From positions 128,060 to 192,059 of the forward strand of contig PTJY01000003.1 in NCBI GenBank assembly GCA_002937505.1: 64,000 nt of DNA, in the 5' to 3' direction. The translations under genes were made by a program, and so were the position numbers. Shown here piece by piece: positions 38,845 through 49,182 of this stretch. The notes below the pieces were generated by a model, which did no database searches, was not told the origin of the DNA, and saw nothing but the letters and a program-made list of their open reading frames with translations. Origin of the DNA: Alphaproteobacteria bacterium MarineAlpha12_Bin1. Its GTDB lineage: Bacteria > Pseudomonadota > Alphaproteobacteria > UBA6615. The first letter of the stretch is position 1; each line of letters opens with the position of its first letter.

Positions 38845-39630
38845 GTGAAAGATCTGTTTTCAGTTTTAGGAAAAGTGGCCTTAGTAACTGGAGGCTCAAG
38901 AGGTATAGGGTTGATGATAGCTAGAGGGCTTGTTGAAAACGGGGTAAAAACATACATATCCTCAAGATCAAAAGAAGCCTGTGATGTAGCTGCTTCCGAG
39001 CTTTCGAAGATCGGAGAATGTGTAGCCCTACCCGCCGATTTATCAAAAGTTGAAGGAATTCAGAAGCTATCAGAAGAAATAATTTCCCGTGAAGACAAAC
39101 TTCATATGTTAGTTAATAACGCCGGCTCAGCTTGGGGAGCAAGCTTCGGAGAAGTCCCTGAACTAGGCTGGGATAAGGTTATGGACTTGAACGCTAAGAC
39201 AACTTTCTTTCTAAGCCAAGCTTTGCTAGAACCCCTTAGTGCTTCTGCTACCCATGAAGACCCCGCAAGAATCATAAACATAGGATCTGTTGATGGATTA
39301 AGCATTCCTAAACTAGAGACTTATTCCTATCCTGCTAGCAAAGCCGCTGTGCATCACCTGACACGAGTTCTTGCCCATCATCTGGGGAAAAAAAACATTA
39401 CTGTGAACGCAATTGCTCCAGGGCCGTTTGAAAGTAAAATGATGGACTACACACTAACCAATCATAGAGATGAAATAGAGAGAATTTTACCAAGGGGTCG
39501 TCTAGGAACCCCAGAAGACATTGCGGGCACGGTAATTTATCTTTCGTCCCGAGCCGGAGCATACTTAACTGGAGCACTAATCCCTGTAGATGGCGGCTCA
39601 CTAGTATCTAGTGAAATGTGGCGCCCTTAA
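38845..39630 (+). CDS. SDR-family oxidoreductase
   Basis: VTGGSRGIGL, NNAG, and YPASKAAV catalytic Tyr/Lys. Confidence 0.75.
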   Translation: MKDLFSVLGKVALVTGGSRGIGLMIARGLVENGVKTYISSRSKEACDVAASELSKIGECVALPADLSKVEGIQKLSEEIISREDKLHMLVNNAGSAWGASFGEVPELGWDKVMDLNAKTTFFLSQALLEPLSASATHEDPARIINIGSVDGLSIPKLETYSYPASKAAVHHLTRVLAHHLGKKNITVNAIAPGPFESKMMDYTLTNHRDEIERILPRGRLGTPEDIAGTVIYLSSRAGAYLTGALIPVDGGSLVSSEMWRP

Positions 39631-39692
39631 ATATATATTAATGTGATATTGTATCCAAATAACTGCCCAACAGCTAATAAATCACTTAACAT

Positions 39693-41243
39693 TTATTTAC
39701 TTAGTTTATCTTGGAGAATTTTATTCACCACCTGAGGATTGGCTTGGCCATTAGTTAACTTCATTGCCTGCCCAGTAAACCAACCTAAGACTTTAGTGTT
39801 CCCTTCACGAAACTGCTGAGCTTGTTCCGGGTTATCCAGAATAATCTGATCTATGAGTCTCTCTATTGCTCCTTGATCGTTGATTTGTTTCAGACCTTTA
39901 TCTTCGATTATTTTAGAAGCATCATAACCACTATTGAACATCTCAATAAAAACTTCCTTAGCTATACGCCCTGAAATGCTACCGTCATGTCTAAGTTTGA
40001 GACATTCAGCCAATTGTCTAGCACTGATTGGAGATTCTGATATTGATAAACCTGCAGAATTTAACAAGCCAAATAATTCATTAATGATGAGATTAGCTGC
40101 ATCGGAGGCTACTCTCGACACGGACAAATTCGAGTCCATTTTTAACTCTTCAATAACTGACGTTTCAAAAAATTCAGCCACTTCTTTTTCAGCGACTAAA
40201 ATGGCCGCATTTGCACTGGTGATATTATATTCTGATATAAAGCGTTCTTTTTTTCGGTCTGGAAGCTCAGGAAGTTCATTAGCGAGTGAATCAACAAAGC
40301 TCTGTTCTAAGACCAAGGGCAAAAGATCAGGGTCAGGGAAATAACGATAATCATGTGCTTCTTCCTTTGTACGCATTGAAACTGTTATAGATTTGTCAGA
40401 ATCAAAAAGTCTTGTTTCTTGTTCTATTTGACCCCCATTTTCAATTATCTCTATCTGACGCGTAACTTCATAATCTATAGCCTGCCTCAAAAAACGAATA
40501 GAATTAACGTTTTTAATCTCACACCTTGTTCCAAGTTCCTCGCCCGGAACCCTCACAGATACATTTATATCTGCTCTCAACGAACCCTGAGACATATCAC
40601 CATCACATGTGTTAAGATAACGTAGAATAGTTCTTAACTTAGCTACGTAAATAGCAGCTTCTTCACTTGATCTGAGATCAGGTTTAGACACTATCTCCAT
40701 AAGAGCTACACCCGAACGATTTAAGTCTATATATGACTTAGATGGATGTTGATCATGAATTGATTTGCCTGCATCTTGTTCTAGATGGATTCGTTCAATT
40801 CCAACTTTAAAACTTTCCCCATCAGGTGGATCTATATTAACGAAACCTTCACCCACAACAGGCTGGGAAAATTGACTTATTTGATATCCTTGTGGCAAAT
40901 CAGGATAAAAATAATTTTTTCGGTCAAAAACTGAATAAAGATTAATTGTTGCTCCCAACCCTAGTCCCGTTCTCACAACTTGACGCACGCACTCTGCATT
41001 TACAACTGGCAACATGCCTGGCATAGCTGCATCGACCAAGCTCACCTGACTGTTGGGATCTGCTCCAAAAGCTGTTGAGGCACCTGAAAATAATTTGGCC
41101 TCAGAAACCACTTGAGCATGTATTTCTAAGCCAATAACTACCTCCCAAAAGCCATTTTCTCCTTTGACAAGCTTACTTTGATCCCCAACAACCCGAGTTG
41201 TGACGTGTCCAGTTAGATGATCAGGTGTTTTATTAGTAGTCAT
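39693..41243 (-). CDS. gatB: Asp-tRNA(Asn)/Glu-tRNA(Gln) amidotransferase subunit B
   Basis: 516 aa. [13 protein letters not shown]-terminal block and conserved GatB C-terminal domain. Confidence 0.9.
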   Translation of the reverse strand: MTTNKTPDHLTGHVTTRVVGDQSKLVKGENGFWEVVIGLEIHAQVVSEAKLFSGASTAFGADPNSQVSLVDAAMPGMLPVVNAECVRQVVRTGLGLGATINLYSVFDRKNYFYPDLPQGYQISQFSQPVVGEGFVNIDPPDGESFKVGIERIHLEQDAGKSIHDQHPSKSYIDLNRSGVALMEIVSKPDLRSSEEAAIYVAKLRTILRYLNTCDGDMSQGSLRADINVSVRVPGEELGTRCEIKNVNSIRFLRQAIDYEVTRQIEIIENGGQIEQETRLFDSDKSITVSMRTKEEAHDYRYFPDPDLLPLVLEQSFVDSLANELPELPDRKKERFISEYNITSANAAILVAEKEVAEFFETSVIEELKMDSNLSVSRVASDAANLIINELFGLLNSAGLSISESPISARQLAECLKLRHDGSISGRIAKEVFIEMFNSGYDASKIIEDKGLKQINDQGAIERLIDQIILDNPEQAQQFREGNTKVLGWFTGQAMKLTNGQANPQVVNKILQDKLSK

Positions 41244-41274
41244 TTATAATTTCCGGTTAGATTAAGTTTTCCAG

Positions 41275-42765
41275 CTAAGTTTTTGGTCTAAAGCTGAAGT
41301 CTGCAGCTAGCTCAAGTGCATTTGCTACTAATAAAAGTTTTTCTTCAGCAAACTTTGGCCCGATCAAATGTAATCCAAGTGGAAGCCCATCATGACTTAA
41401 ACCAGCTGGAACAGATATAGCAGGAAGGCCTGCCATTGACGCCGGAACTGTAAAGACATCATTCATGTACATTGAAATTGGATCATCCATTTTTTCTCCT
41501 ATAGGAAAAGCCGCTGAAGGCGCAGTAGGAGTCAAAATAACATCACATTCTGACCAAGCATTATCAAAGTCGTTTATTATCTTGGAGCGAACTTTTTGTG
41601 CTTGTATATAATATGCATCGTAATAACCAGCCGATAGAACATAAGTCCCTATCATAATTCGTCTTTTTACTTCCGAACCAAAGCCTTGTGCTCGGGTTTT
41701 TTCGTAAGTATCTGTAATATCTTCGCCCTCAACCCTTAAACCGTATCGCACTCCATCATATCTCGCTAGATTGGAAGAAGCCTCTGCGGGAGCAATTATG
41801 TAGTAAGCTGGTAAAGCGTATTTAGTATGTGGAAGTGAAATATCAATTATGTTTGCCCCGGACTCTTCTAGCCATCTTTTTCCTTGTTGCCAAAGGCTAT
41901 TAATTTCATCGGGCATACCATCCAAGGTATATTCAGCAGGTATTCCTATTCTCAAACCTCCAACCTTTCCTGACAGAGCTTTAGAATAACTAGGCACCTC
42001 AAGGTCTGCACTGGTAGAGTCCTTGGGGTCGTATCCTGCCATAACTTCCAACATCAAGGCTGCATCTTTAACTGATCGAGTTAAGGGGCCTGCCTGGTCA
42101 AGTGAGCTAGCAAAAGCAATGATGCCCCACCGTGAACATCTTCCATACGTTGGTTTAAGGCCAACAATTCCACAAAATGAGCTAGGTTGACGAATAGAGC
42201 CTCCAGTGTCTGTTCCAATAGCTGCAAGAGCAACTCGATCAGCCACAGCGGCAGCTGATCCTCCTGATGAGCCACCCGGAACTAAATCTTTCTCCATATT
42301 ATCACCAGATTCCGCCTTCCATGGATTAATACATGGACCATAGTAACTGGTCACGTTTGCAGACCCCATGGCAAATTCATCCATGTTGGTTTTTCCTAAG
42401 AGAATTGCACCCGATTCCCATAGTTTACGTGTGACGGTAGATTCATAGGTTGGCTTAAAACCATCCAATATTTGGCTGCCTGCAGTAGATAAAACTCCTT
42501 TTGTACAAAATAGATCTTTGACAGCTATAGGAATTCCATCTAGGTGACCAAGTGTTTCTCCCTTCGATCTACGCTTATCGGAGTTTGCAGCCATTTCCAA
42601 TGCCAGTTCTGGCGTTTCATCGACATAAATGTTTAATTGGTCACTTTCAGACATAGCTTCTAGGTAAGCTTGTGTCAGCTCGCTTGCGCTAAATAGCTTC
42701 TTATCCAAAGCCATACTTACATCATCAATAGAGAGTTCTATAAGATTCTCAGTTTTAGTCATCAC
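41275..42765 (-). CDS. gatA: Asp-tRNA(Asn)/Glu-tRNA(Gln) amidotransferase subunit A
   Basis: Amidase signature [12 protein letters not shown]. 496 aa. 4-nt overlap with gatC. Confidence 0.9.
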   Translation of the reverse strand: MMTKTENLIELSIDDVSMALDKKLFSASELTQAYLEAMSESDQLNIYVDETPELALEMAANSDKRRSKGETLGHLDGIPIAVKDLFCTKGVLSTAGSQILDGFKPTYESTVTRKLWESGAILLGKTNMDEFAMGSANVTSYYGPCINPWKAESGDNMEKDLVPGGSSGGSAAAVADRVALAAIGTDTGGSIRQPSSFCGIVGLKPTYGRCSRWGIIAFASSLDQAGPLTRSVKDAALMLEVMAGYDPKDSTSADLEVPSYSKALSGKVGGLRIGIPAEYTLDGMPDEINSLWQQGKRWLEESGANIIDISLPHTKYALPAYYIIAPAEASSNLARYDGVRYGLRVEGEDITDTYEKTRAQGFGSEVKRRIMIGTYVLSAGYYDAYYIQAQKVRSKIINDFDNAWSECDVILTPTAPSAAFPIGEKMDDPISMYMNDVFTVPASMAGLPAISVPAGLSHDGLPLGLHLIGPKFAEEKLLLVANALELAADFSFRPKT

Positions 42766-43049
42766 TCGATGACCTTTTTAACAACAAAGAATCCTTCGTT
42801 CGCTTCGGGTGCATTTTCAAGAACTTCATGAACGTAACCGCCATCATCCACCTCATCTACACGCTGATGCGGTTTTATTTCAACAACATTAGTCATAGGA
42901 TCAACATCGCTGGTATCTACTTCAGATAATTGTTCAACCCAATTAACAATTTTAGATAACTCTTCTGAAAGAGGTTCCAAGTCGTCATTGGAAATATGAA
43001 GCCGTGAGAGCCTAGCTATTCTAATTATTGTTTCGTCATCAAAGGCCAT
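42762..43049 (-). CDS. gatC: Asp-tRNA(Asn)/Glu-tRNA(Gln) amidotransferase subunit C
   Basis: 95 aa. [15 protein letters not shown] is typical of GatC. First gene of gatCAB. Confidence 0.85.
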   Translation of the reverse strand: MAFDDETIIRIARLSRLHISNDDLEPLSEELSKIVNWVEQLSEVDTSDVDPMTNVVEIKPHQRVDEVDDGGYVHEVLENAPEANEGFFVVKKVIE

Positions 43050-43154
43050 AAGTTTCTCATAAGGTTAATACATTACTAACTAGCGCAAGCTATCATTGAG
43101 AATTCTTATCGGCAAGTCATGGACAGTCTCATCAGGTACGCGTAAATATAAAAT

Positions 43155-43631
43155 ATGCCAATTTGTAAACCTAACGAACTGATTAATCTGATTTCCTCAA
43201 GTCAACGACTACTTGGTCTGGACTTGGGAAGCAAAACAATTGGAATTTCCCTTTCTGATTCTCAACATGTTGTTGCATCACCAATAACTACCATAAAAAG
43301 AAGTAAGTTTCGATCAGACGCTAACATTATAATTCAGTTAATATTAGAAAACGATATAGGTGGATTAGTAATTGGGTTGCCTAAAAATATGGATGGCACT
43401 GAAGGACCTCGCTGTCAATCCACAAGGCAATTCGCCAAAAGTTTTCTTGAAATTCACGAGTTACCAATTACGTTTTGGGATGAACGACTGACAACTGCAG
43501 AGGTAGAAAGAATCTTGATTCAAGAAGCAGATATGTCTAGAAAACGACGTGGCAAAATAATAGATAAAATGGCAGCGGGTGTAATTTTACAAAGCTTTTT
43601 AAATTATCATAAAAGCTATTCAATTCTTTAA
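43155..43631 (+). CDS. ruvX: Holliday-junction resolvase-like RNase RuvX (YqgF)
   Basis: LLGLDLGSKTIGISLSD catalytic Asp motif. 158 aa. Divergent from gatC, as is usual in alphaproteobacteria. Confidence 0.8.
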   Translation: MPICKPNELINLISSSQRLLGLDLGSKTIGISLSDSQHVVASPITTIKRSKFRSDANIIIQLILENDIGGLVIGLPKNMDGTEGPRCQSTRQFAKSFLEIHELPITFWDERLTTAEVERILIQEADMSRKRRGKIIDKMAAGVILQSFLNYHKSYSIL

Positions 43632-43768
43632 AGAAAATAATTTAATATTTCTGTGTTTCATCCACTAAAAATAGTTATATTTACCAATGTTAAAATTAAA
43701 TTATAATCTGACACACCATGCGAAAGCTGGGCCTCATATTTTTTTAAACACCCATCTGAAGAAGCGTG

Positions 43769-45883
43769 ATGGCATCCTCTGTTAGATTTAACAAAACTTC
43801 CACAAATGTAGATGGCATTCTGGGCGGCTCAATGTGGGATGTTCCTAATGACGGAACAATAACATGGGCAGTGCAAGATAGTGAGTCGTTTAGCTGGGGA
43901 GACAACCTTACAGAGTTTAATGAAGTAAGTCGCATATTTGCTGAGTATGATGAGGTCATTGACGTTGATTTTTTCTACAATGGTTGGTTCACATCTGATT
44001 CAGAAAAACCAGCAGATATAGTTATTATTTTCGACAATTTGTCTCAAGAAGGTTTTTCGTCTCAAGTAGCTGGTTATGCAAATTTTCCAGGAACCACGGA
44101 ACAAGGAACCGTAAAATTAAACTTAGAATCAGGAATTCAAAATATATTGAGTCCAGGAAAGTCAGGATATCATGTAGTTATTCACGAGATAGGTCATGCT
44201 CTTGGATTGACTCATCCGCATGATGGAGGCCTATGGGATTGGCCAACGTTTTCTGATCTCGGCATTTCGGCGCAAAATAGCTTATACACAACTGTCATGA
44301 GCTATGAACCTCCAGCTTACAGCTGGACTTACGGGTGGGCTACAACTCCAATGATGTGGGATGTATATGCCCTTCAATTACTTTACGGTGCAGAAGATGA
44401 AACCAGATCCGGGAACGAAAAATATTATCTTTTGGACGATAATATGGCTAATGTTATATGGGATTCTGGTGGAAACGATACCTTATCAGCAGAAAATTCC
44501 GTGTTCAAAAACTGGGTTGATTTAAGGCAAGGGTATTGGAGTGTTGGCTCTCCAGACACAGGCGTTCTAGACGTCACAGGAATTGCTTATAGTACCATAA
44601 TTGAAAACGCGATAGGAAGCAGTCAAAACGATACAATAGTAGGAAATAGCGCAGACAATAATATTGTCGGCGGACTAGGCAATGACCTAATTTCTGGAGA
44701 ACAAGGTAACGATTCATTATTTGGTGGTGAAGGAGATGATGTCATTCATGGAACGTATGGCAACGATGTTATTGACGGAGGCGAAGGAAAAGATATCCTA
44801 ACTTACGCTACTTCCTCAGCTAAAAAAAATATTAACCTTACACTAAACTTGGTTACAGATGACATTACAACAGACACTATTTCTAACATAGAGTGGGTTG
44901 TTGGAACTGCTTACGCAGACACTATTATTGGCGATAACCACGATAACACATTACATGGAGGAGCTGGAGACGACCATATCCTTGGCAATCAAGGCAGTGA
45001 TGTAATTAATGGGAATGAGGGAAATAACACAATAAATGGTGGCGACGGAATTGATATACTTAGTTTTTCTAGTGCCTCCAATTCAGTGGTAGTTAACCTG
45101 AAGAGTGGCAAAGCGTTAAACAGTAATTATACGAATGAAATTTCTAATTTTGAATGGGTTGCAGGTAGCAATTATCAAGATCAAATAATTGGCGATGAAA
45201 ATTCAAACCGCCTAGAGGGTGGAGGTGGCAACGACACAATTGATGGTGGAGCAGGAACGGATACAGTTACCTATAGTGGCTCAATCTCAGAGTATAGTGC
45301 TGTTGAATCAGGATACTCGATCATCATAAGCGACGGTACCGATTCTAGGGACGGAACTGACACCCTTACTTCGATTGAAGCCTTTAGCTTTGGAGGGACG
45401 AGTGCAGTCCTAAGTGACTTACTGAATCCTACAGATGTAGATAACGGCGTTTATCGTTTTTTCAATCTTGGAACAGGGACACACTTTTATTCAGCTAGCC
45501 CCGTTGAACGAAACCACATTATCAACACCTACGATCAATTTAACTATGAAGGTGCCTCCTTTAAGTCAGCAGGTACTGCTAGTGAAAATACAGCTGGTGT
45601 ACATCGTTTCTATAATACAGAACTTGGCACCCACTTATTTACGATGTCAGAGGTAGAAAAATTCCATATTATGGGTAACATGCCTGTTTTCAGTTACGAA
45701 GGTATCGAATATCAGGCGTATACATCACAAATAGATGGATCAATTGCCTTATACAGGTTCTTTAACACTGTAACTGGAGCTCATTTCTTTACCCCCTCTG
45801 AGGTTGAGAGAGACAGTGTTATCGAAAACCTACCTGTCTTTAATTATGAAGGTATTGCCTTTTATGTTGATTTAATTGCCTAA
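43769..45883 (+). CDS. serralysin-family (M10B) zinc metalloprotease with RTX Ca-binding nonapeptide repeats and three C-terminal ~50-aa tandem repeats
   Basis: HEIGHALGLTHPHD zinc motif and TVMSY Met-turn. YALQLLYG as in serralysins. GGxGxD runs (GGLGNDLISGEQGNDSLFGGEGDDVIHGTYGNDVIDGGEGKD ...). No N-terminal signal peptide. C-terminus ends ...FYVDLIA. Start taken at ATG 43769. The ORF track begins at GTG 43766. Confidence 0.8.
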   Translation: MASSVRFNKTSTNVDGILGGSMWDVPNDGTITWAVQDSESFSWGDNLTEFNEVSRIFAEYDEVIDVDFFYNGWFTSDSEKPADIVIIFDNLSQEGFSSQVAGYANFPGTTEQGTVKLNLESGIQNILSPGKSGYHVVIHEIGHALGLTHPHDGGLWDWPTFSDLGISAQNSLYTTVMSYEPPAYSWTYGWATTPMMWDVYALQLLYGAEDETRSGNEKYYLLDDNMANVIWDSGGNDTLSAENSVFKNWVDLRQGYWSVGSPDTGVLDVTGIAYSTIIENAIGSSQNDTIVGNSADNNIVGGLGNDLISGEQGNDSLFGGEGDDVIHGTYGNDVIDGGEGKDILTYATSSAKKNINLTLNLVTDDITTDTISNIEWVVGTAYADTIIGDNHDNTLHGGAGDDHILGNQGSDVINGNEGNNTINGGDGIDILSFSSASNSVVVNLKSGKALNSNYTNEISNFEWVAGSNYQDQIIGDENSNRLEGGGGNDTIDGGAGTDTVTYSGSISEYSAVESGYSIIISDGTDSRDGTDTLTSIEAFSFGGTSAVLSDLLNPTDVDNGVYRFFNLGTGTHFYSASPVERNHIINTYDQFNYEGASFKSAGTASENTAGVHRFYNTELGTHLFTMSEVEKFHIMGNMPVFSYEGIEYQAYTSQIDGSIALYRFFNTVTGAHFFTPSEVERDSVIENLPVFNYEGIAFYVDLIA
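45446..45883 (+). repeat. three tandem 150-bp (50-aa) coding repeats, consensus YRFFNxxTGxHFxTxSxxExxxIxxNxPxFxYEGIxF
   Basis: Repeat units begin in frame at 45446, 45596 and 45746: GVYRFFNLGTGTHFYSAS..., GVHRFYNTELGTHLFTMS..., ALYRFFNTVTGAHFFTPS.... Confidence 0.75.
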
Positions 45884-45980
45884 GTGTATATACTGTGACG
45901 TATATTCTTATATTCTATAAAAATATTTTTTTTACATTTTTTACTTTTAATTTCATACGATTACGTATATATAATGGCTC

Positions 45981-47153
45981 ATGTCTTCTCCGCTCCGTAT
46001 AATTCGTGAAAAAATGAAGATTACCCAGTCGGAATTAGCAGAACTGATGGGTACTACGCAAGCTACAGTATCAAGAATGGAAGCTGGGCAGTGGGAACCG
46101 AGCGCCTCACAGATTCAGGCGGTTTTAAAAAAATCTAACGAAGAGAGATTGAATCTTTCATTTGATGATTTCGTTTTTTCTAAAAACGAAGAATTATCTA
46201 CTCGCCAAAATGGGAACGACCAAGAAAGGAATTATTTTAGCCATAGGCACCTGTTAGGAATACAAGAACTTTCTCCGCAAGAAATTACTTTTCTATTAGA
46301 CTTGGCCGACGTTTATGCTGAAAAGAATCGTACCATTGATAGAAAACTATCTCTATTAAAAGGAAAAACTGTAATCAATTTGTTCTTTGAAGAATCGACC
46401 CGAACTCGTACCAGCTTTGAATTAGCAAGCAAGCATTTGGGTGCAGATGTTATCAATATAGCTGTTGCTTCTAGCTCAATAAAAAAAGGAGAGACGGTAA
46501 TTGATACAGCGGTTACTTTAAACGCTATGCATGCGGACGCTCTAGTAGTTCGTCATCCTCATGCTGGAGCTGTGCAATTATTATCTGAAAAGGTTAACTG
46601 CTCAGTCATAAATGGCGGCGATGGGAGTCATGAGCACCCTACCCAAGCTCTATTGGACGCTCTTACAATACGTCGTCGCAAAGGTCACCTACAAGGACTG
46701 CTAGTCGCACTATGCGGGGATGTAGCACACAGTAGGGTTGCACGTTCAAATATTTATTTACTTCAAACAATGGGGGCGCGAGTCCGAGTAATAGCCCCTC
46801 CTACACTTATACCATCTTCCATTGAAAGACTGGGAGTAGAAGTTTTTCACGATATGCGTACCGGACTAGCGGGTTGCGATATAGTCATGATGTTAAGGTT
46901 GCAACGCGAACGCATGAAAGGCTCTTTTGTGCCTTCTGTACACGAATACTTCCATTTCTATGGACTTGATTATGAAAAACTAAGTCACGCAAAGGAAGAC
47001 GCTCTGATAATGCATCCAGGACCAATGAATCGTGGTGTAGAGATTGATTCCGCTGTAGCTGATGATATTGATCGATCAGTGATACACGAGCAGGTAGAAA
47101 TGGGAGTTGCAGTCAGAATGGCTTGCCTAGATGTATTGACCCGAACTATTTGA
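45981..47153 (+). CDS. pyrB: aspartate carbamoyltransferase catalytic subunit carrying an in-frame N-terminal XRE-type helix-turn-helix extension
   Basis: ATCase motifs [13 protein letters not shown] and HPGP. The PyrB core begins near [17 protein letters not shown] (about residue 86). Residues 12-50 ([37 protein letters not shown]) are a classic HTH_XRE domain. No stop codon separates them. Confidence 0.85.
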   Translation: MSSPLRIIREKMKITQSELAELMGTTQATVSRMEAGQWEPSASQIQAVLKKSNEERLNLSFDDFVFSKNEELSTRQNGNDQERNYFSHRHLLGIQELSPQEITFLLDLADVYAEKNRTIDRKLSLLKGKTVINLFFEESTRTRTSFELASKHLGADVINIAVASSSIKKGETVIDTAVTLNAMHADALVVRHPHAGAVQLLSEKVNCSVINGGDGSHEHPTQALLDALTIRRRKGHLQGLLVALCGDVAHSRVARSNIYLLQTMGARVRVIAPPTLIPSSIERLGVEVFHDMRTGLAGCDIVMMLRLQRERMKGSFVPSVHEYFHFYGLDYEKLSHAKEDALIMHPGPMNRGVEIDSAVADDIDRSVIHEQVEMGVAVRMACLDVLTRTI

Positions 47154-47162
47154 GGTTTTTTA

Positions 47163-48470
47163 ATGGCTTCCAGAGTTGCTTATACAAATACACGAGTAAT
47201 TGATCCCGAATCAAATTCTGATATTCCTGCAAATAACATTGGAGGACTCTTAACTGATGGCCCGTCGATTAGGGCAATCGGTGAAAATATTTTTCAGGAT
47301 GGCGTGCCTGATGGAACTTTGCAAATAGACTGCCGAGGCGCCGTTTTAGCGCCAGGCCTAGTAGATATTCGGGCTGATTTATGCGAACCAGGCGCAGAAC
47401 ATAAAGAAGATTTAGAAAGCGGTAGTCGTGCTGCAGCTGCAGGAGGAGTAACATCTGTAGTGGCCATACCCAATACTCAACCAGTGATCGATGAAGTCTC
47501 AGTTCTAGAGTTTATAGCTCGCCGTGCTAGAGAAGTTAAACTGATAAAAGTATTCGCCCACGCAACAGTAACCAAGGGTGGAAATAGTGATGAGTTAGTC
47601 GAAATGGGACTCTTAAAGGAAGCTGGAGCTATTTCATTCACTGATGGCTTGAGAACAGTAACTAATGCGAAAGTCTTGTTGCGAGCTCTCAAATATGCAC
47701 AAGCATACAATGGAATAATCATGCAGCACCCTGAAGAACAAATGCTATCACAAGGGGGTGTAATGCAGTCTGGAGAACTATCGACAAGGCTTGGACTGCC
47801 TGGCATTCCAGCGGAATCTGAAATAATAATGCTCCAAAGAGACCTTAAATTAGTGGAAATGACTGGAGGTCGTTATCACGCAGCGCATATCTCTACTGCT
47901 CCTTCGGTTCAGGCAATCGCCAACGCAAAATCGATTGGACTGAACGTAACCTGCGATACGTCTCCACCTTACTTCGCCCTAAACGAACTAGCAGTAGGAG
48001 AATATCGCACATTTGCCAAACTCCTCCCTCCTCTTAGAAGCGAGGAGGATCGAAAAGCAATTATAGAAGGCCTCTCCAACGGAATAATTGATTGTATTGC
48101 TTCTGATCATGCCCCACAAGACCAGGACTCGAAACGACTACCCTTCGAACAAGCAGAATTTGGAGCAGTTGGGTTGGAGACTTTGTTACAGTTAACTCTA
48201 GAGCTTTACCACAATAACCATCTTGAATTAATCGATGCATTATCATTAGTGACCAATAAACCAGCGAGTATATTGGGCCTGCCAGTTGGCAAATTAACCG
48301 TCGGTGGCCCAGCCGACTTAATTATATTTGAGCCTGACTCACCCAGAAAAATAGAACCACAGACATTTGTCTCAAAGTCTAAAAATTCTCCTTTTGATGG
48401 TAGATTGGTACAGGGACATCTTTTAAGCACTGTAGTAGATGGACGAACAATTTACTCAGCAGTAACGTAG
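47163..48470 (+). CDS. pyrC: dihydroorotase-like protein, probably non-catalytic PyrC'
   Basis: Class I DHOase-like amidohydrolase (435 aa). The canonical DxHxH metal motif is replaced by GLVDIRADLCEPG. SDHAP is retained. 9 nt after pyrB. Confidence 0.7.
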   Translation: MASRVAYTNTRVIDPESNSDIPANNIGGLLTDGPSIRAIGENIFQDGVPDGTLQIDCRGAVLAPGLVDIRADLCEPGAEHKEDLESGSRAAAAGGVTSVVAIPNTQPVIDEVSVLEFIARRAREVKLIKVFAHATVTKGGNSDELVEMGLLKEAGAISFTDGLRTVTNAKVLLRALKYAQAYNGIIMQHPEEQMLSQGGVMQSGELSTRLGLPGIPAESEIIMLQRDLKLVEMTGGRYHAAHISTAPSVQAIANAKSIGLNVTCDTSPPYFALNELAVGEYRTFAKLLPPLRSEEDRKAIIEGLSNGIIDCIASDHAPQDQDSKRLPFEQAEFGAVGLETLLQLTLELYHNNHLELIDALSLVTNKPASILGLPVGKLTVGGPADLIIFEPDSPRKIEPQTFVSKSKNSPFDGRLVQGHLLSTVVDGRTIYSAVT

Positions 48471-48489
48471 CATAGGACCACAGATAGCC

Positions 48490-49182
48490 ATGGAAGACGG
48501 GGCAACCCCTATTATCTTTTTCCTGGGAGTTATTCAGTCAACTTTGAACTTACCTGACTGGAAAAGCATAATCTATGATTGGCAAATATTTGTCCCTATA
48601 TTTGTCGTTGGTTACATTATTGGCTCAATACCTTTTGGGCTAATTACGACAAAGTTATCTGGGCTAGGAGACATTCGAAAGATAGGCTCAGGTAATATCG
48701 GAGCTACCAATGTTCTACGAACTGGGAAAGTTGGCTTAGCATTATTGACTTTATTGCTAGATACAACAAAAGGATTTTTAGTAGTTTTTATTTCTCAAAA
48801 ATATTGTGGCCCAGACGCAACTTTTTACGTTTCTCTTTTAGTAGTCCTGGGACATATGTTCCCTATATGGTTAAAACTCCGTGGAGGTAAGGGAGTTGCA
48901 ACTTTTTTTGGAGTACTATTCGCACTAAGCCCAACTTCAGCAATAGTAGTTCTAGCCATATGGATAATAGTAGCTCTAGCTTTTCGCTATTCTTCCCTAG
49001 CCGCTCTAATATCAGTTTCCTTTGCCCCACTATTTGGTCACTTTCTATCTGACCCACAAATAGGTTCCATTTTAACCATTCTTGCCATTTTAATATGGAT
49101 AAGACATATCAACAACTTACGAAACTTATTCAAGGGTAATGAAAGAAAAATAAATGTAAATTTAACTACTCATAATAAATGA
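48490..49182 (+). CDS. plsY: glycerol-3-phosphate acyltransferase PlsY
   Basis: GSGNIGATNVLRTGK signature. The ORF carries a ~25-aa N-terminal extension relative to typical PlsY, so the true start may be downstream at TTG 48541. Confidence 0.8.
   Translation: MEDGATPIIFFLGVIQSTLNLPDWKSIIYDWQIFVPIFVVGYIIGSIPFGLITTKLSGLGDIRKIGSGNIGATNVLRTGKVGLALLTLLLDTTKGFLVVFISQKYCGPDATFYVSLLVVLGHMFPIWLKLRGGKGVATFFGVLFALSPTSAIVVLAIWIIVALAFRYSSLAALISVSFAPLFGHFLSDPQIGSILTILAILIWIRHINNLRNLFKGNERKINVNLTTHNK

Noticed and set aside
39934-40344. 136-aa plus-strand ORF inside gatB, and many similar 60-130-aa ORFs in the track (e.g. 262..510, 2625..2921, 21555..21737, 47477..47806, 62239..62826)
   Set aside because: All lie antisense to or out of frame within long, motif-rich genes. 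They have no ribosome-binding sites and low-complexity translations, so they are spurious shadows.
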